The translations under genes and the position numbers were made by a program. DNA of 64,000 bases, from the NCBI RefSeq assembly GCF_037042905.1, contig NC_087251.1:32118001-32182000 (forward strand). Reading direction: 5' to 3'. The notes under the pieces were generated by a model. The model was given only the letters and a program-made list of their open reading frames with translations, did not search any database and was not told the DNA's origin. The DNA comes from Lytechinus pictus (taxonomy: Eukaryota). Shown here piece by piece: positions 37,760-50,192 of the stretch (the first letter of the stretch is position 1; every line of letters begins with the position of its first letter).

Positions 37760-38704
37760 CAGTGCGTATAAAAAAAAGTTTACACTTAGAAAAAATCCTG
37801 TAAAATTATACATTTGTAATATCCTGAAGATATTTCCACATTTCAACATTGGTACAGATCCATTTAAGCAAATGACAATATAACTGTCAAAAAATATTTC
37901 CGCTTGAGCGAGCACCACTTACTTTTGAAAAGTTAGTGAAAAATGATTTGCGCAGAACTTTGAAATAGTTATGCGAATAAAAGTAGACCTTAATCATGAA
38001 GAACACGTTTAATTTAGCTAGTAAATTGATTTGAAGACATCTTTTACCTTTTTAACCTGTTTCCTTGCCCAAAACACTTCGAAGAGTGCACTGTGCCCCA
38101 TCCCACTCCCCCACACACTGAGGCCATCGTGACGATATTTGCTTTACACTGAGCTGTGATTTACATGAAATGGCTTAGGCTTGATTTTCATTTTGTTAAT
38201 CATTGTCAAGCTTGGGAAAAGTGTGGAGAAACAAGTATTAAATGAAAAATGAAATGTAAACCCACTTTAAATGAAAAAATGGTGGAGATGTCTGATATAA
38301 ACTTATGTTCAGATTCAGTTATGTCCTCAGATCCAGGTGGCACAAAAAGGTAAAGGTTGTGCTTACGAAGTGTTGAAATTTCAATATGGATGGCAAAATT
38401 GTTGCAAAATGCTTGAATGTATCTGTTTTATTTCAATTGACTAAAAGTGCAAGGGAAATGTATGAGAAATGTTTCGCAGGGTAAGTTTGATTTCGCCCTT
38501 TCCCCTTGACACAGCGTGAAAACGAGCATTTCTGCGCAAAAATGGACAGTGCTCACTCAAGTTTAACATTCTGTCAAAACTTTTACTTTCATTTGATAGA
38601 TAAGACCCAAACCCAAGATTATATGTGAAAAATTACCCACATGTTGTATATTTTTTAATTCCCAGGGCTTTTTCAAAGTGTAAACTTTTTTTTGATACGC
38701 ACTG
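37760..38704. mobile_element. Tc1/mariner-like non-autonomous element
   Basis: TIRs CAGTGCGTATAAAAAAAAGTTTACACTT and AAGTGTAAACTTTTTTTTGATACGCACTG; TA flanks within a (TA)n tract; no transposase ORF. Confidence 0.85.
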
Positions 38705-38708
38705 TATC

Positions 38709-38739
<31 letters not shown>

Positions 38740-39328
38740 GTATATCTGAACGAATGAAGATATATATAGCAAAGTATGCGACTATATGCCATATGGCTGG
38801 TACTTGCTCCATCGTTCATCATACGACAGGCCTCTTGGAGAATGAAGAGGGTACCTGCATATTATCCCATAAGAGTGGTACATTAAAAGTAGTGACAAGA
38901 ATTTATTCAGCATCACACACGTCTAGCTTAAAAAGAAATTGTAGTACAGTTATAATTCTATGTTTAAAAAATTATGAGTAATTCAATCTTAAAGTTAAGA
39001 AAATTTTGATCAGGGCCTGGATTGAAGGTTCATTTAAAATATATATCTTGAAGACACGCTCTTTAACTTCGTTTGTGTGGCGCTGTATACATTTATAAGC
39101 AAAATGATTTCTAAGTCATGCGGAGATCTGGTTGATCAAGTGGTTCAGATGACCCTTTAGAAGGAGATATTGTGTTTCATTTCTAAAATTGAAAGCAAAA
39201 TTTCTTATTCAACTTTTAGTATGATCTTGCCATATTTATTAGCTTTTTGTTATACTGCATAAAAAGTCACAGTAATAAATTAAGATCATTATGATAAAAA
39301 TTACACTGTACCTCTTTTCACCTTGCAG

Positions 39329-39379
39329 GAACATGAAAAGGATTGTGCATTTACAGAGTCTGTAACAAAAGTATTAATG
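39329..39379 (+). CDS. TRAF3: TRAF3-like, coding exon 3 (51 nt; EHEKDCAFTESVTKVLM), absent from the ORF track
   Basis: cttttcaccttgcAG acceptor and ATG|GTAAGT donor, phase 0/0; supplies the H-x3-C that completes zinc finger 3 (CQHC...ELE|EHEKDC). Confidence 0.85.
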
Positions 39380-39436
39380 GTAAGTGTAATCAGTCTGTTA
39401 CACTAAATTTTTTTTTTACCAGCATATTATTTAGGA

Positions 39437-39721
39437 CAGGGGCGGATCCAGGATTTTCCAAGGGGGGGGTGCACATTTTTCAGAGGAAAAATTTGACAAA
39501 AAAAAAAAAAGGTTTTTAACCAAAAATTAAAAATTAAGAGGATTTCGTCCCATAAAAATTTAAACAAGCAAAAAAAAAAGAAAGAATAAAATTCATCACT
39601 TTAATAAGGGGTGCACACTTCTGTTTCAATGGCAGTTTTACATTACAAGTTTTCATTTTGCTTCTCAAAAGGAGGGGGCATGAACCGGCTGTGCCCCCCC
39701 CCCCCCCTGGATCCGCCAGTG
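39437..39721. mobile_element. hAT-like MITE
   Basis: CAGGGGCGGATCCAGG ... CCTGGATCCGCCAGTG; flanks ATTTAGGA and ATTTAGAA (7/8 match). Confidence 0.8.
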
Positions 39722-40045
39722 ATTTAGAATTGTATATAAGCCTACAAAACGTTGGTTTCTAGCCATCCAAGGAATCCAAGACCCAAGGAGAGAAGTATGA
39801 ATCGATTTGCAAGTTGAAATCAATTGCAAATAAAGTTTCCTGCAATACCCCCTGAGAGCATTCTGATTTTGGGTTTAATTCAAACTGGTCTCTAAAGTGG
39901 CTTAACAACAAATAAGCAATGGTAAGAATTAATTTAACACTATTCATAACCGTCTGGGAGTATAATAGTTTTTTCCCCATTAAATGATATTATATTGTGA
40001 GGATAGAGCACAGTAACGTATATGATAACAACAGAAATGTTAATA

Positions 40046-40290
40046 AATGCGCACGTATCCACCTCGATAGGTGCTTGGGGTTGCTCCTCTTTTACCATGT
40101 CTAAGCTCTGCTACTGATTTCAGTGCTCACAGCTTTTGTGAGGAATTACTTCCTTCAGGTACCCATTTACCTCACCTGGGTTGAGTGCAACACATTGTGG
40201 ATAGATTTCTTGCTGTAGGAAATCATGACATGGCTGGGATTCAAACCCGCAACCCTTTGTTTCAAAGTCCGAAGATTAATCCACTGGGCT
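40046..40290 (-). mobile_element. tRNA-derived SINE
   Basis: The minus strand begins AGCCCAGTGGATTAA...GCGGGTTTGAATCCCAGCC (A/B boxes); the core ggtacccatt.acctcacctgggttgagtgca is shared with 57358-57390. Confidence 0.75.
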
Positions 40291-40539
40291 TTTCATAATT
40301 TTAGAACAGAGATAGACCATGGGCTTAGTGGACTTAAGATTACAGCTTCTTTCGTTTCAAACATATTGAATATCATCTATTTAATACCACCTAGATAGTG
40401 CTAGGTTAGATATAAAGATGATTAGACTGTGGTATTACTTAATTTGAAATCATTTTAAAACTGATTCCAACTGCTCCATTTAATGTGAACCCTTTTGAGT
40501 TTGGTCACACTGATTCTCATGGCCTCTTATGCTCTCCAG

Positions 40540-40773
40540 GACAAAGGCGCAGATGAAGAAACGGAAGCCGCAACAGGAAAACTAGTCACTCATGACCTTA
40601 TGAAGACAGTGGCAATCAAACTTGAAGCCAAGATTGCTGAAGTCAGGAGAATGATGACTGAAATTGAGAATCAGGGAAAAGTCCTCAAGAGTTTGTTTGA
40701 GGATAGTAGGGTGTCCATTAATAGGAACCAGGATGCATTAGTTGATGTTGATAAGTCCGTTAAGCAACTACAG
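40540..40773 (+). CDS. TRAF3: TRAF3-like, coding exon 4 (coiled coil)
   Basis: ctctccAG acceptor and CAG|GTACGT donor, phase 0/0; 78 codons with a heptad-like pattern (LEAKIAEVRRMMTEIENQ...). Confidence 0.8.
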
Positions 40774-41279
40774 GTACGTATGTCTATACATTATTATTCT
40801 GCACTGTAAAAATGCTGCTTAAATTTGTTAGCATGTTGTTTAAATCCGTCACTCTAACAAGTATTATTGAAACTTTAAAGTCTTAAACAAGTTGTTTAAA
40901 AAGTTTGTATAATTTCAAAAAGGTGTCAACAAATTGTTTAAAACTATTAACAATTACACTGACGGGCTTAAACAATATGCTAAAAATTTAAACAGCAATT
41001 TTACATTGTGTAGTAATCAGATTTTTCTCCTGATATTGATTGATTGGAATATTTATAAGATTCAGCATATGCATTCTTCTTTAGTCTATTTAAACAATTC
41101 AATGTTTTGCTATTGCCTAACATAATGCCGTATCTTCCTCAAATCTAGTCCTAGCACTTTGATGAAATAAAGTTTAGAATCATATGTCATTTACGGTGTC
41201 AATTTTTAGATAGCATCATGTTATCATATTGTACTTGTTTATGGTAGTGGTGTTTTTTATGTTATTGTTTTTAACATCA

Positions 41280-41500
41280 TTACCATTGTCTTCATCATTA
41301 CTAACAATTTCATCAATATCATCACCACCACCACCATCATAATCATCATCATCATCAACAACAACAATAATGCAATGCAATGTCATAATTGCAATGTCAT
41401 CATCATCATCATCATAATCAACAGCAATGTCATCATCGTCATCATCATTCTCCTCATTCTCATCACCAACAGTGTTATCATCATCATCATTGTCAAGAAT
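41280..41500. repeat. Degenerate (CAT)n microsatellite
   Basis: Direct reading. Confidence 0.85.
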
Positions 41501-41541
41501 ATTTCTTTATCTCCTCCTCCTCCTCCTCAACTTTCTCCTAG

Positions 41542-41761
41542 AAAATGGTGCTAACAAAATTAAGCAAACTGCCAGACATGGAGCGGAGCATTGGGGCCAG
41601 TTTATCTCGGACAGAGTTTGAGACCCACAAAGATTCTATCCATGAGATGAGAGATGATGTAGATCGTCAAAATACCAGACTCAGCACACTGGAAGAACAA
41701 AGTAAAAGTGGAGTGCTTGGATCCACTGAGGGAATACCTAAACATCTCAAGGATAAAATAG
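41542..41761 (+). CDS. TRAF3: TRAF3-like, coding exon 5 (coiled coil)
   Basis: ctttctcctAG acceptor, phase 0; KMVLTKLSKLPDMERS...HLKDKI; donor G|GTTTGT, phase 1, compatible with exon 6. Confidence 0.8.
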
Positions 41762-41866
41762 GTTTGTTATTACTTCATGTTGTCAGGAAGAAAGTATGTT
41801 TTCTTCAATGTTCAAAGCTCGGTCACCAGCAATTGTGTTTTGTTTTATAGGAAATCAATGTTTCAA

Positions 41867-41995
41867 AGTCCCATAACACAAAGGTTAGCGATTGATCGTA
41901 CGCTTGATTTTCAGGATTGATTGTACATTGTAGTCAATGGAATCAATCATAGAAAAATGTTCTACGATCATTGCTAAGCTTTATGTTACCGGCCC
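41867..41995. mobile_element. ~130-bp Harbinger-like MITE (copy 1)
   Basis: Nearly identical to 43917-44045; TIR core taacacaaag...ctttatgtta. Confidence 0.75.
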
Positions 41996-42932
41996 TGTAT
42001 CTAATACCCCATTTTCAGTATACTTTTTTAAACTGGTTACCCTTAAACCAGTTTAAGAAGCCAGTTTGGAAGATCACTTTGCTAGCGTTCGCTTCACCAT
42101 CTCCTAAAATGGTTTTCAGAAACACTTCATGTAGAGCAGTCTACAGGAATGCTCCCCATGGGGTCAAATGTTTTTCATGAAATTTGAAATCACAGGCATT
42201 CCCCACACACTGAGGAGTAGCGTGCTCAAAATGTTTGAAGTTCGCTTCCCGAATCAAGGTTGTTTCCTCATCCATACTTCAACTAGTTAAACAAGGCAAA
42301 GCAATCTTGAAAACCACATTGTGGGATGGTTTTCCAAACTGGGTTGGAAGATAGCTTCCAAGACCGCTTTAAGCGTTCCCATTACACGTTAAACTAGTTT
42401 CCACTAATCTGGTTGCCAGTAAATTAGTTTTAGGACTGTAATGAGAACGGGGCCTAAGAATGTTTAAACTGGACCGTATCAGATAAATTGATTGTTTTTA
42501 TGTAAACTGTATAAAACTGATAAGATTTGCCTATACACCAAGTTATCTTTTTTGTTTTCCCCCCTTTCAATGAATACAACAGCTACCAGGATGATCGTAT
42601 CCTAAAGATACGGTATTATGATATGAACATTTTATTGTGAAATGTATACTTGTGTTTTTTATTATTATTTTTATTAGTTTTTTTGTTTATCAACTGGAAT
42701 ATGTGAAGAATGTGATAAATACTTTTTATTTATCTTTTTTTTAAATGCCATTTATTATTATATCTTATACCAGTTTTCAGGCTTTTCAAGCTGTATAATA
42801 CTGCACAAAACATATGCAGCTTTTAATGCACTTTGTTTGGCCTTTTCTCATTCATGCCCAGTGAGTAAAATTGACTGGCATCCCTGGATCTACAAGAACT
42901 AGTTATCATATCCCTTTCCCAATCTCTTTCAG

Positions 42933-43276
42933 CAAATAATACAGATAGGGTGCAGTACTTTGATGAACAGATCAGCATGTACTCGATGCGTCTTGCCGAG
43001 CATGAGCTCCGGTTTCAGTTCCAGGAGACTGCTAGCTACGACGGCACACTCATCTGGAAGATCAAGGAGTTTGCCCGTCGGAAACGGGATGCTGACAATG
43101 GAAAGACCCTAAGCCTATACAGCCAGCCCTTCTACACCAGTCGCTTTGGATACAAGATGTGTGCCAGGATATATTTAAATGGTGACGGTATTGGGAAGGG
43201 TACCCATGTATCTCTCTTCTTTGTTGTTATGAAGGGTGACTATGATGCTTTGATACCCTGGCCGTTTAGTCAGAAG
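42933..43276 (+). CDS. TRAF3: TRAF3-like, coding exon 6 (TRAF-N end and first part of MATH/TRAF-C)
   Basis: ctctttcAG acceptor, phase 1; ETASYDGTLIWKI...GKTLSLYSQPFYT..FGYKMCARIYLNGDGIGKGTHVSLFF, which I recognise as closest to TRAF3; donor AAG|GTGAGT. Confidence 0.95.
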
Positions 43277-43343
43277 GTGAGTCTCTACAAAAACCAAGGG
43301 ATGGAACTCTTAAATGCACTTATCTTACTCGTTTAAACATAAT

Positions 43344-43650
43344 GGCCCGTATTCTGAAGTCTTGTTTAACCTAAGCCATGGTTTAACACCGTTAAACTCA
43401 TGGGAAGCCAAACATGTCAAAAATTTAATTGACATTTATTTCATCTTTATTGGCTCTTTCCTCTTGTTTTAATAATGGAGAGAACTATTTCAGAGTAGTT
43501 ATTCCCAGTCAGTTCAGAATAATTTGAGTGTGAAATAAGTTGACAAAATGAACTTGTACTGTTAGAGATACCTGTCAAAATTTGCTATCCGCAGTTAAAC
43601 CACAACTTTAGAACAGAGTTTGAATCAGACCTGAGTTCAGAATACAGGCC
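43344..43650. mobile_element. Harbinger-like MITE (same group as 30679-30989)
   Basis: GGCCCGTATTCTGAAGTC ... GAGTTCAGAATACAGGCC; flanks AAT and AAC. Confidence 0.7.
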
Positions 43651-43916
43651 AACATGTTTATTCCATGGGATCTGCTGGTGTGATTTACCAACTTTTAAAG
43701 GAACCCTGATATTATAAAGACAAGTTGTCTTCCTTTTCAGTTGTTAAAAGAATTAAGAGTAACTAATGCATTTGTCATAAAAAAGCTGCCCTAGAGATAT
43801 TATTGTCCATCTTATTCTGGGGCAATTGTAGCTTTAGAGAATATCCAAGAATGAGACAATTACTTTACCATATATGAGGAAACAGCTTGTGCCATCCAAT
43901 CGGGTTATCACATCTG

Positions 43917-44045
43917 GGTCCTGTAACACAAAGGTTAGCGATTGATCGTACGCTTGACCTTTACGATTGATTGTACATTGTAGTCAATGGAATCAATCAT
44001 AGAAAAATGTTCTACGATCATTGTTAAGTTTTGTGTTACAGGCCC
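43917..44045. mobile_element. ~130-bp Harbinger-like MITE (copy 2)
   Basis: GGTCCTGTAACACAAAGGTTA ... TAAGTTTTGTGTTACAGGCCC with 3-bp TSD CTG. Confidence 0.85.
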
Positions 44046-44376
44046 CTGGTTGGGCAATCGCGTAACCTGACCATTTGAGAAAAGGGTCCTTAAACCCGAC
44101 CATTCCAGAATTTGGCTATAACTTTCACAAAACATCGGGTAAATTGGACCCGACCTTTCGGGAATTTATGGGGCCCTATTCTCGATTGGTTTTGTGATTG
44201 CCCCACCCGACGCGATAACCCGATGTTATGTTACAAGCCGAGGAAACTTGTGAATTATTCAGTACATTTCGTAACATTTGTTTTTTTTTTAACATTTTCC
44301 CACCATGGGTTTATAAACGGTATCAAACTTCCTGTGAAAGCAGATGAAGATGTCAGTTTCAATATCTGCAGACAGT

Positions 44377-44819
44377 GACCCATATTCTGAAGTTCAGGGG
44401 AACATTTCATAAAATTCCTTTTTATCCTGCAGTTTCCATAGTAACAGTACTTCTTAGCCAATCAAAATCAATGAAAGTTGCCAGATCTGACAACTTGTCA
44501 GATTGCAAATGTTGATAAAATGCTCCTCAGTATAAGTTAGACCATGGTCTTACTCTGTGTTAAAAATATGGGGAGACTATTAAAAATGTATAAAAAAAAT
44601 TGTAAACATTGTATGATTACTGTACCTTTTCCTCATGCTTTAATGAAGAGAAAAACTGTATAAGCTATTATTTCCATGCAATTATGAATAGTTTGAGTGA
44701 TAAATGAACGTATGAATCGACCAATTTTGTTAAGAGATTTGTTTTGCAACTAACTATCAATAGTTCAACCACAATTTTAGACCAGAGTTTAGCTTAAACT
44801 CACGTTCAGAATATGGGCC
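44377..44819. mobile_element. Harbinger-like MITE containing a second ~130-bp MITE (44398-44527)
   Basis: Outer GACCCATATTCTGAA ... TTCAGAATATGGGCC with TSD AGT; inner GGGAACATTTCATAAA ... TTGATAAAATGCTCCT with TSD CAG. Confidence 0.7.
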
Positions 44820-44984
44820 AGTTTGTCTAGCATGCTTATATTATGCTTATATTAATACATCTCTATGAACTACACTTTACATGTATATCAGTGTATATCA
44901 GTGATGGCTGTCACAGGCAATCATTTACCACCAAAAAGAATGAAGGCAGTTTAGTTGAATCATGTTGATGATTCTCTTTCTCAG

Positions 44985-45212
44985 GTGACATTAATGCTGT
45001 TAGACCAAGAGACCGGTAGGCGTCATCTATCTGATTCCTTCAGACCGGACCCAACGTCGACAAGCTTCCAACGTCCCTCTACCAACATGAATATTGCCTC
45101 AGGATGTCCCTTATTCGTCTCTCAATCGGTCCTCAAAGATCCAGCCTATGTCAAGGAGGATACCATTTTCATCAAGGTTGTCGTGGATACAACTGATCTC
45201 TACGGCCCTTAA
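44985..45212 (+). CDS. TRAF3: TRAF3-like, coding exon 7 (MATH/TRAF-C C-terminus and stop)
   Basis: ctctttctcAG acceptor, phase 0; VTLMLLDQETGRRHLSDSFRPDP...MNIASGCPLFV...DTIFIKVVVDTTDL; TAA at 45210-45212. The joined CDS is 1677 nt, 558 aa. Confidence 0.95.
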   Translation: MTLMLLDQETGRRHLSDSFRPDPTSTSFQRPSTNMNIASGCPLFVSQSVLKDPAYVKEDTIFIKVVVDTTDLYGP

Positions 45213-46799
45213 ACGCTCCTCCCGGCATGGACCCACCACCGACCTCTATTTAAAGACCCCTTCACACTTGGAGCAACGAAGCTCAGCCAGCAAATTCAAC
45301 AGTGTTTAGTCTTCAAGCGTAATGTAGTATGACGCATCATGTTATGACTTGTGGCATCATGATAAAATGACTATGTTGACTTGAATTCGTAAGTGCGATC
45401 TTGGGGTAATTATACGAATGAAAATGTGTGTCATGCATATTTCTTCCTGCAAGTCTGGTGAAGTCTCTCACCATGTCTGACCACAATGAAACAGAATATC
45501 TGCTGAGGCTTTGTTGCTTGTGAATATCCCTTAGAGTCTTCTAGTTACTGCTCATAGTACTGCTCACAGTCATGCGACATGACGAATACATCAAATGATG
45601 AAAGCAAAGTAAATGCAGTGTAAAGAAAATCAAGGCAAGGCAATACGTATAGCTTAGAAAGTGATAGAACCGAAGTGCTAGAAAAAAAAACTGCATCAGT
45701 GAGCCCCTAGCCTGGAATCCACATAGGACTAGGGATTTGTGACAACTTTTCAGTTAGATATTCTTGCTATGTGTAAAAGACAAGAGATAATCAGCTAGAG
45801 TGAATAATTTGTGGCCCACTGCCATACTGCCTGCACACGTACTTAAAGACATCAATGAAGTGTTTACATTTGTAAAATGTATATTTAGTAGATGTATGAT
45901 GGATGTCTTCACATCAGCCGTAAAAATATTTCTACCGTACTTGAGATCTCTGGATCACTAGAAGAGATGTTTTATCCCCCCTGGTCTAAATTTGCGGATA
46001 TGAATAAGAAATGCAGGTAAGAAAGTAAAGTTAAATATACATGTATATGTCCACAGTTTGAGCTAGAATAAAATGATTGTTTAATTCACCATAGAATTGC
46101 ACCTACAATCGTTGAAAATTGAAAAACTCTCTCTAGTTAAGCAAGGGTGCCACAGCCACTGGCTGTAAGTATACGGTCACCATAAAATTACTGTCAGTTA
46201 CCATGGCATTTCTTTAAATTTGCCACTCTCTACCCATATATAAAATGGTTACTCTTGGGAAAGAAATCCTTTGCCTATCAGAGCGGAGTTGATGTAGGAG
46301 CATTAGTATTTTGCTTGGTGAGTTATTAGAAATAAATATAACATTTTTAACTAGCAGAAAGTGCAGATCTATAATAATGTTAATATATTCATAGTGAGGC
46401 GGTTTATATAAGCTATTTCATTTCCCCCTTATTTCTGGAAAGTCACAATCTAGTGATGAATGAAATTAACATTTTAACACATGTAACTACTAATCTCTAG
46501 TATTTTATTTTTGAAGAAGGTAAAGTATCTTTTTTTGTAGATATTATGAATGAATTTATGGGTAATAATGAGACAGACTTGGGATGAGAGATCAGATGTA
46601 TATTGGTTCCCTGCAACTCAATAAGGAAAATAAACACTGACAAAGATTTTGAAAATCACAACATCCAGCGGCAGTTGATAGTAATTGAATTTACGAAGAA
46701 ATTTAAAAGAAATATTTCCTTTAAGCTTTGCCATCCAGATCAGACTTTATATAGACAAAGACAAAAGCTGCAACCTCCTCCTAGATTATAGGCTACTCC

Positions 46800-47312
46800 C
46801 ATTATACAAATAGCGAATAGGCATGAGTGCGATGGTGCGAGATTTCGCATGAGGTGAAAGAAAGATGCTCTATTCAACGAGGCGAGAGCCGAGTTGAATA
46901 GAGCGTCTCTTTCTTTCACTGAATGCGAAATCTCGCACCATTGCACGAATAAGAATATTCGCTATTTGTGTTGTACAACGCCTCGGAATTTAGCGAAAAT
47001 ATTTTTAAAAAACAAGAGTATTCCCTGCAGTAATCTACGAAAAGGGAGCAAAAATATTGAAAGCGAAAAGTGAAATCCCACAAGCGCACATATCCTTGGG
47101 CAGCATTGCGCATTTAGCCAGCAGGCTTATACGCGTATTTCACCTTCATTTTTACTGAGCGCAATTAATTAAATCGTATTGTGATGTCACCTCCTAAGGC
47201 CGTGCAACGGTACATTTTGGATGGTACGTCTTGTGTGCAACGGTACGAATGTTTGACATTCAGCCTCCCATTTGCTCGCGTACAACAAGCTAAGTAGGCG
47301 TTGTACAATAAT
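46800..47312. mobile_element. Non-autonomous element with a long internal hairpin, class uncertain
   Basis: Hairpin 46806-46969 around a gaggcgagagccga loop; second inverted pair ttgtacaacgcct (46971) and aggcgttgtacaa (47296). Confidence 0.6.
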
Positions 47313-49599
47313 GATTATTGAACAATGTTAACATACCTTCAGCCAAGACCAACAAATAAATCTGGTGCAATGGAGATTGACTAGCCTTTACCAGAGACCT
47401 TGGTTAATTAGATAATGGTGATGGGGATAATGTTTTCTTTTATTACCCTTTCTTTATATTAAGCCAATAACTTCTATGAGAGCTCATATACCATCAACCC
47501 AATGTTGCCTATTCTTTGAAGTTTTAATATCTTGATATTCCAGCATTATTTTTATTTCATGCCTCCATACATACATAGATTGAAAATCTCTAAAATAATG
47601 TCGACAATGAGATGGATGTCTGCCTTGTTTGATATAATGATTTGCTCTTGATGTGCAATGTATTATATATTTTTTTGCATTTACTTATCAGCTTTGGTTT
47701 AGTATTTTTACATCCTGCCTTGCAAAGTCTTCCAATGTAAACCAAAACGCTTCAGCATTTCAAAAATAGAAAAGTGAATATAATTTTTTTTCTTATTTTG
47801 ATGACCTAATCCCCTGACTTAACAAATTACACTTTGCATAAATTTGCTTTAAAAATTCCCACGACTTTTCAACAAAATTATGATGCACTTACATTGCATT
47901 GATTATATCTTTGAGTGGCTCCCCCCCCCCCCCCAAATGATCTATCAAAATAGCCTGGCCAGGTAGTTGCTTTGATACCACCGTCGTCTAGCTTTCCTGG
48001 ATTGTTTAAACTGATTTATTATTTGTTTGAACTTTGGAGTAGTTTGTAGGGTTGATTATTTAGATAAAGATGTCAAAAGTATAAAAGAGGGCATGTCACC
48101 AGAAGAGTAATGTAAAACTATTTGAAGGTAAAACAAAAGGTTTTTAAAAACAAATATAAAAATGTGTATTATTGAACTTTTCTAGATGAGCAAATGAAAC
48201 TCCTTTTGTTCTATTGCAGTGTTTCTAGCTGTACAGCAAATGGTATTTCACCAATGAAAGGAAACAGAGAAATAGAATTATGAATGATGTTTTATGTTTG
48301 AATTCAGATACTATTTCTGCAACTCTATAGAAAATATCAGGTCATGATTAAGTATAGTCGTGCATTTCAAGGAATTGGAAATTGGTTTCAGATTTGGCAA
48401 ATCCCCTCAAAAGTGAATGTCACTATTCCAAATTATTACTACCAAAGTTTATGCCCTTTTAAAGGCAGTTATGATATGGAGGATATCAGGTAAAATTTGG
48501 CATTTTACATGGAAACTTATTTTGACTGAGTGTCTGATCAAGATGACAAATCTGAGTGTGGTTTACTTTAAGATATAAAGACACTTTTCAAGCAAGGAAT
48601 TGTCTAAAGATTTCCAGATACAATCTTTGTAGCTTTCTGATATGCAATTACTCGATTCATTAGATGATTGCTCTAAGGGCATTTTTAAAGAAATATAAAA
48701 TCATCACCAAGAGTGGGCACTACATACCTAATAAATCTGAAATTGAATTAAAAACAAAATATAATTGTTTTAAAAAAAGTAATAAAATGCTCACTACACA
48801 TTTGTACCATTTGAAAGTAAGATGGTACTCAAGTATAATTCACATTATTTACCTTTTACCGAAGACATAGATGGGCTTTAAGCTTTATCATATACTGGTA
48901 GAAGCATTTAAGCATGTAATTGTATACCTTATTTTAAATACATTTGTCCAGATAGGAGTAGACTAAGTTCATTTTATTTTATCCTTATATAACATTTCAT
49001 TTTTAAATTTCTGTGTATAACTATTACTAAAATATAGTGTAATTACATTAGATTTGATTAATGAACATTAATGTTATTTGAACAGGGTGTCCCTCATACA
49101 GGAAACTTGAGTTAAATACAATTACTCTGTGAATTCCAAATCAATATTTTAACTCTTATTTCAACTTGGAATGTTCTTATATTTGTCAATTTCTCTTTCT
49201 ATTCGACATGATTAGCAGATAATGCATGTCAAGTTTTTTGTGCATGTATATTATTTAATGAAATTGTTACACATGATTATTTTTGAAAATGTACGTCAAT
49301 TGATCGTTCTATGGAAGGAGAATGTATAACCAGACAAGCTTGTCTTGTCATTTTTAAAGAAAATTTATGAAAATTTGTTTGATCAGTTCTAAATTGTGTT
49401 GTGAAATTTGTCCAGGGTTGGCCGAAATGGGAAATACTGGTGGTAGATAGCGGTGAATACTGCCTCTATAATTTCTTTCTGGAAAATTGAAAAATATTTG
49501 GAAATGCAAGGCAGTACTTTGAAATATACCTCTAAGAATATGTTCAGGTATTGCCCATGTGTTTCTCAAGTATATTTTAGCATTTTCCTGTACATCTTA

Positions 49600-50011
49600 A
49601 GGCCACTGCACACCTTGCGACCCGACTGGTCTGCGACTGAGTGAAGGGAAATGTGATGTCACAGCTCTTGTCAGCTTGAGAGTCGCAGACCGGTCAAAGA
49701 CAAATCGCAAGGGAAATCGTAAGGATTTGACATGTCGAATCCTTCCAACTGGATCGCAAGCTCAATCCAACTTCCAGCCAATCAGACAGCAGAGTCCCGA
49801 CGTGTACATGATATGCAACGCACATACGCAGTAGTAAGCATAATTTTCTCAGTTGCTGTGGCAAAAAGCGCATGCGTGAGTCGCAGACCGCATGGTAGTC
49901 GGATCACAAGGTGTGCGTTGTCGAGGCTTATGACTACCTTGTGTTTCATCTCCACTCACTCAATCGCAGACCAGTCGTAGACCATTCGGGTCGTAAGGTG
50001 TGCGGTGGCCT
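49600..50011. mobile_element. Harbinger-like MITE
   Basis: AGGCCACTGCACACCTTGCGACCCGACTGGTCTGCGACTG and CAGTCGTAGACCATTCGGGTCGTAAGGTGTGCGGTGGCCT; TSD TTA. Confidence 0.85.
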
Positions 50012-50192
50012 TTAAGTACTTCCCAGAATTTACAAGTTTTCCCAGTATTTCCCACCTGGACAGGAAGTACAGAAATTTCCAGGAAAATTGCCAACCTTTG
50101 CCACATCTGATCATTCTACATTGATTATGGTTTCATATTTCAGATGAATGATGTACATGTATATTTCCAATGATGAATCCAAATGAGCTTAA

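Noticed and set aside
39763..39794. Small exon after TRAF3 exon 3 (PSKESKTQGE)
   Set aside because: Weak acceptor, and the 32-nt length is not frame-preserving.
42583..42612. Extra TRAF3 micro-exon between exons 5 and 6
   Set aside because: In the required phase 1, both candidate acceptors lead to an in-frame stop; exons 5 and 6 join correctly without it.
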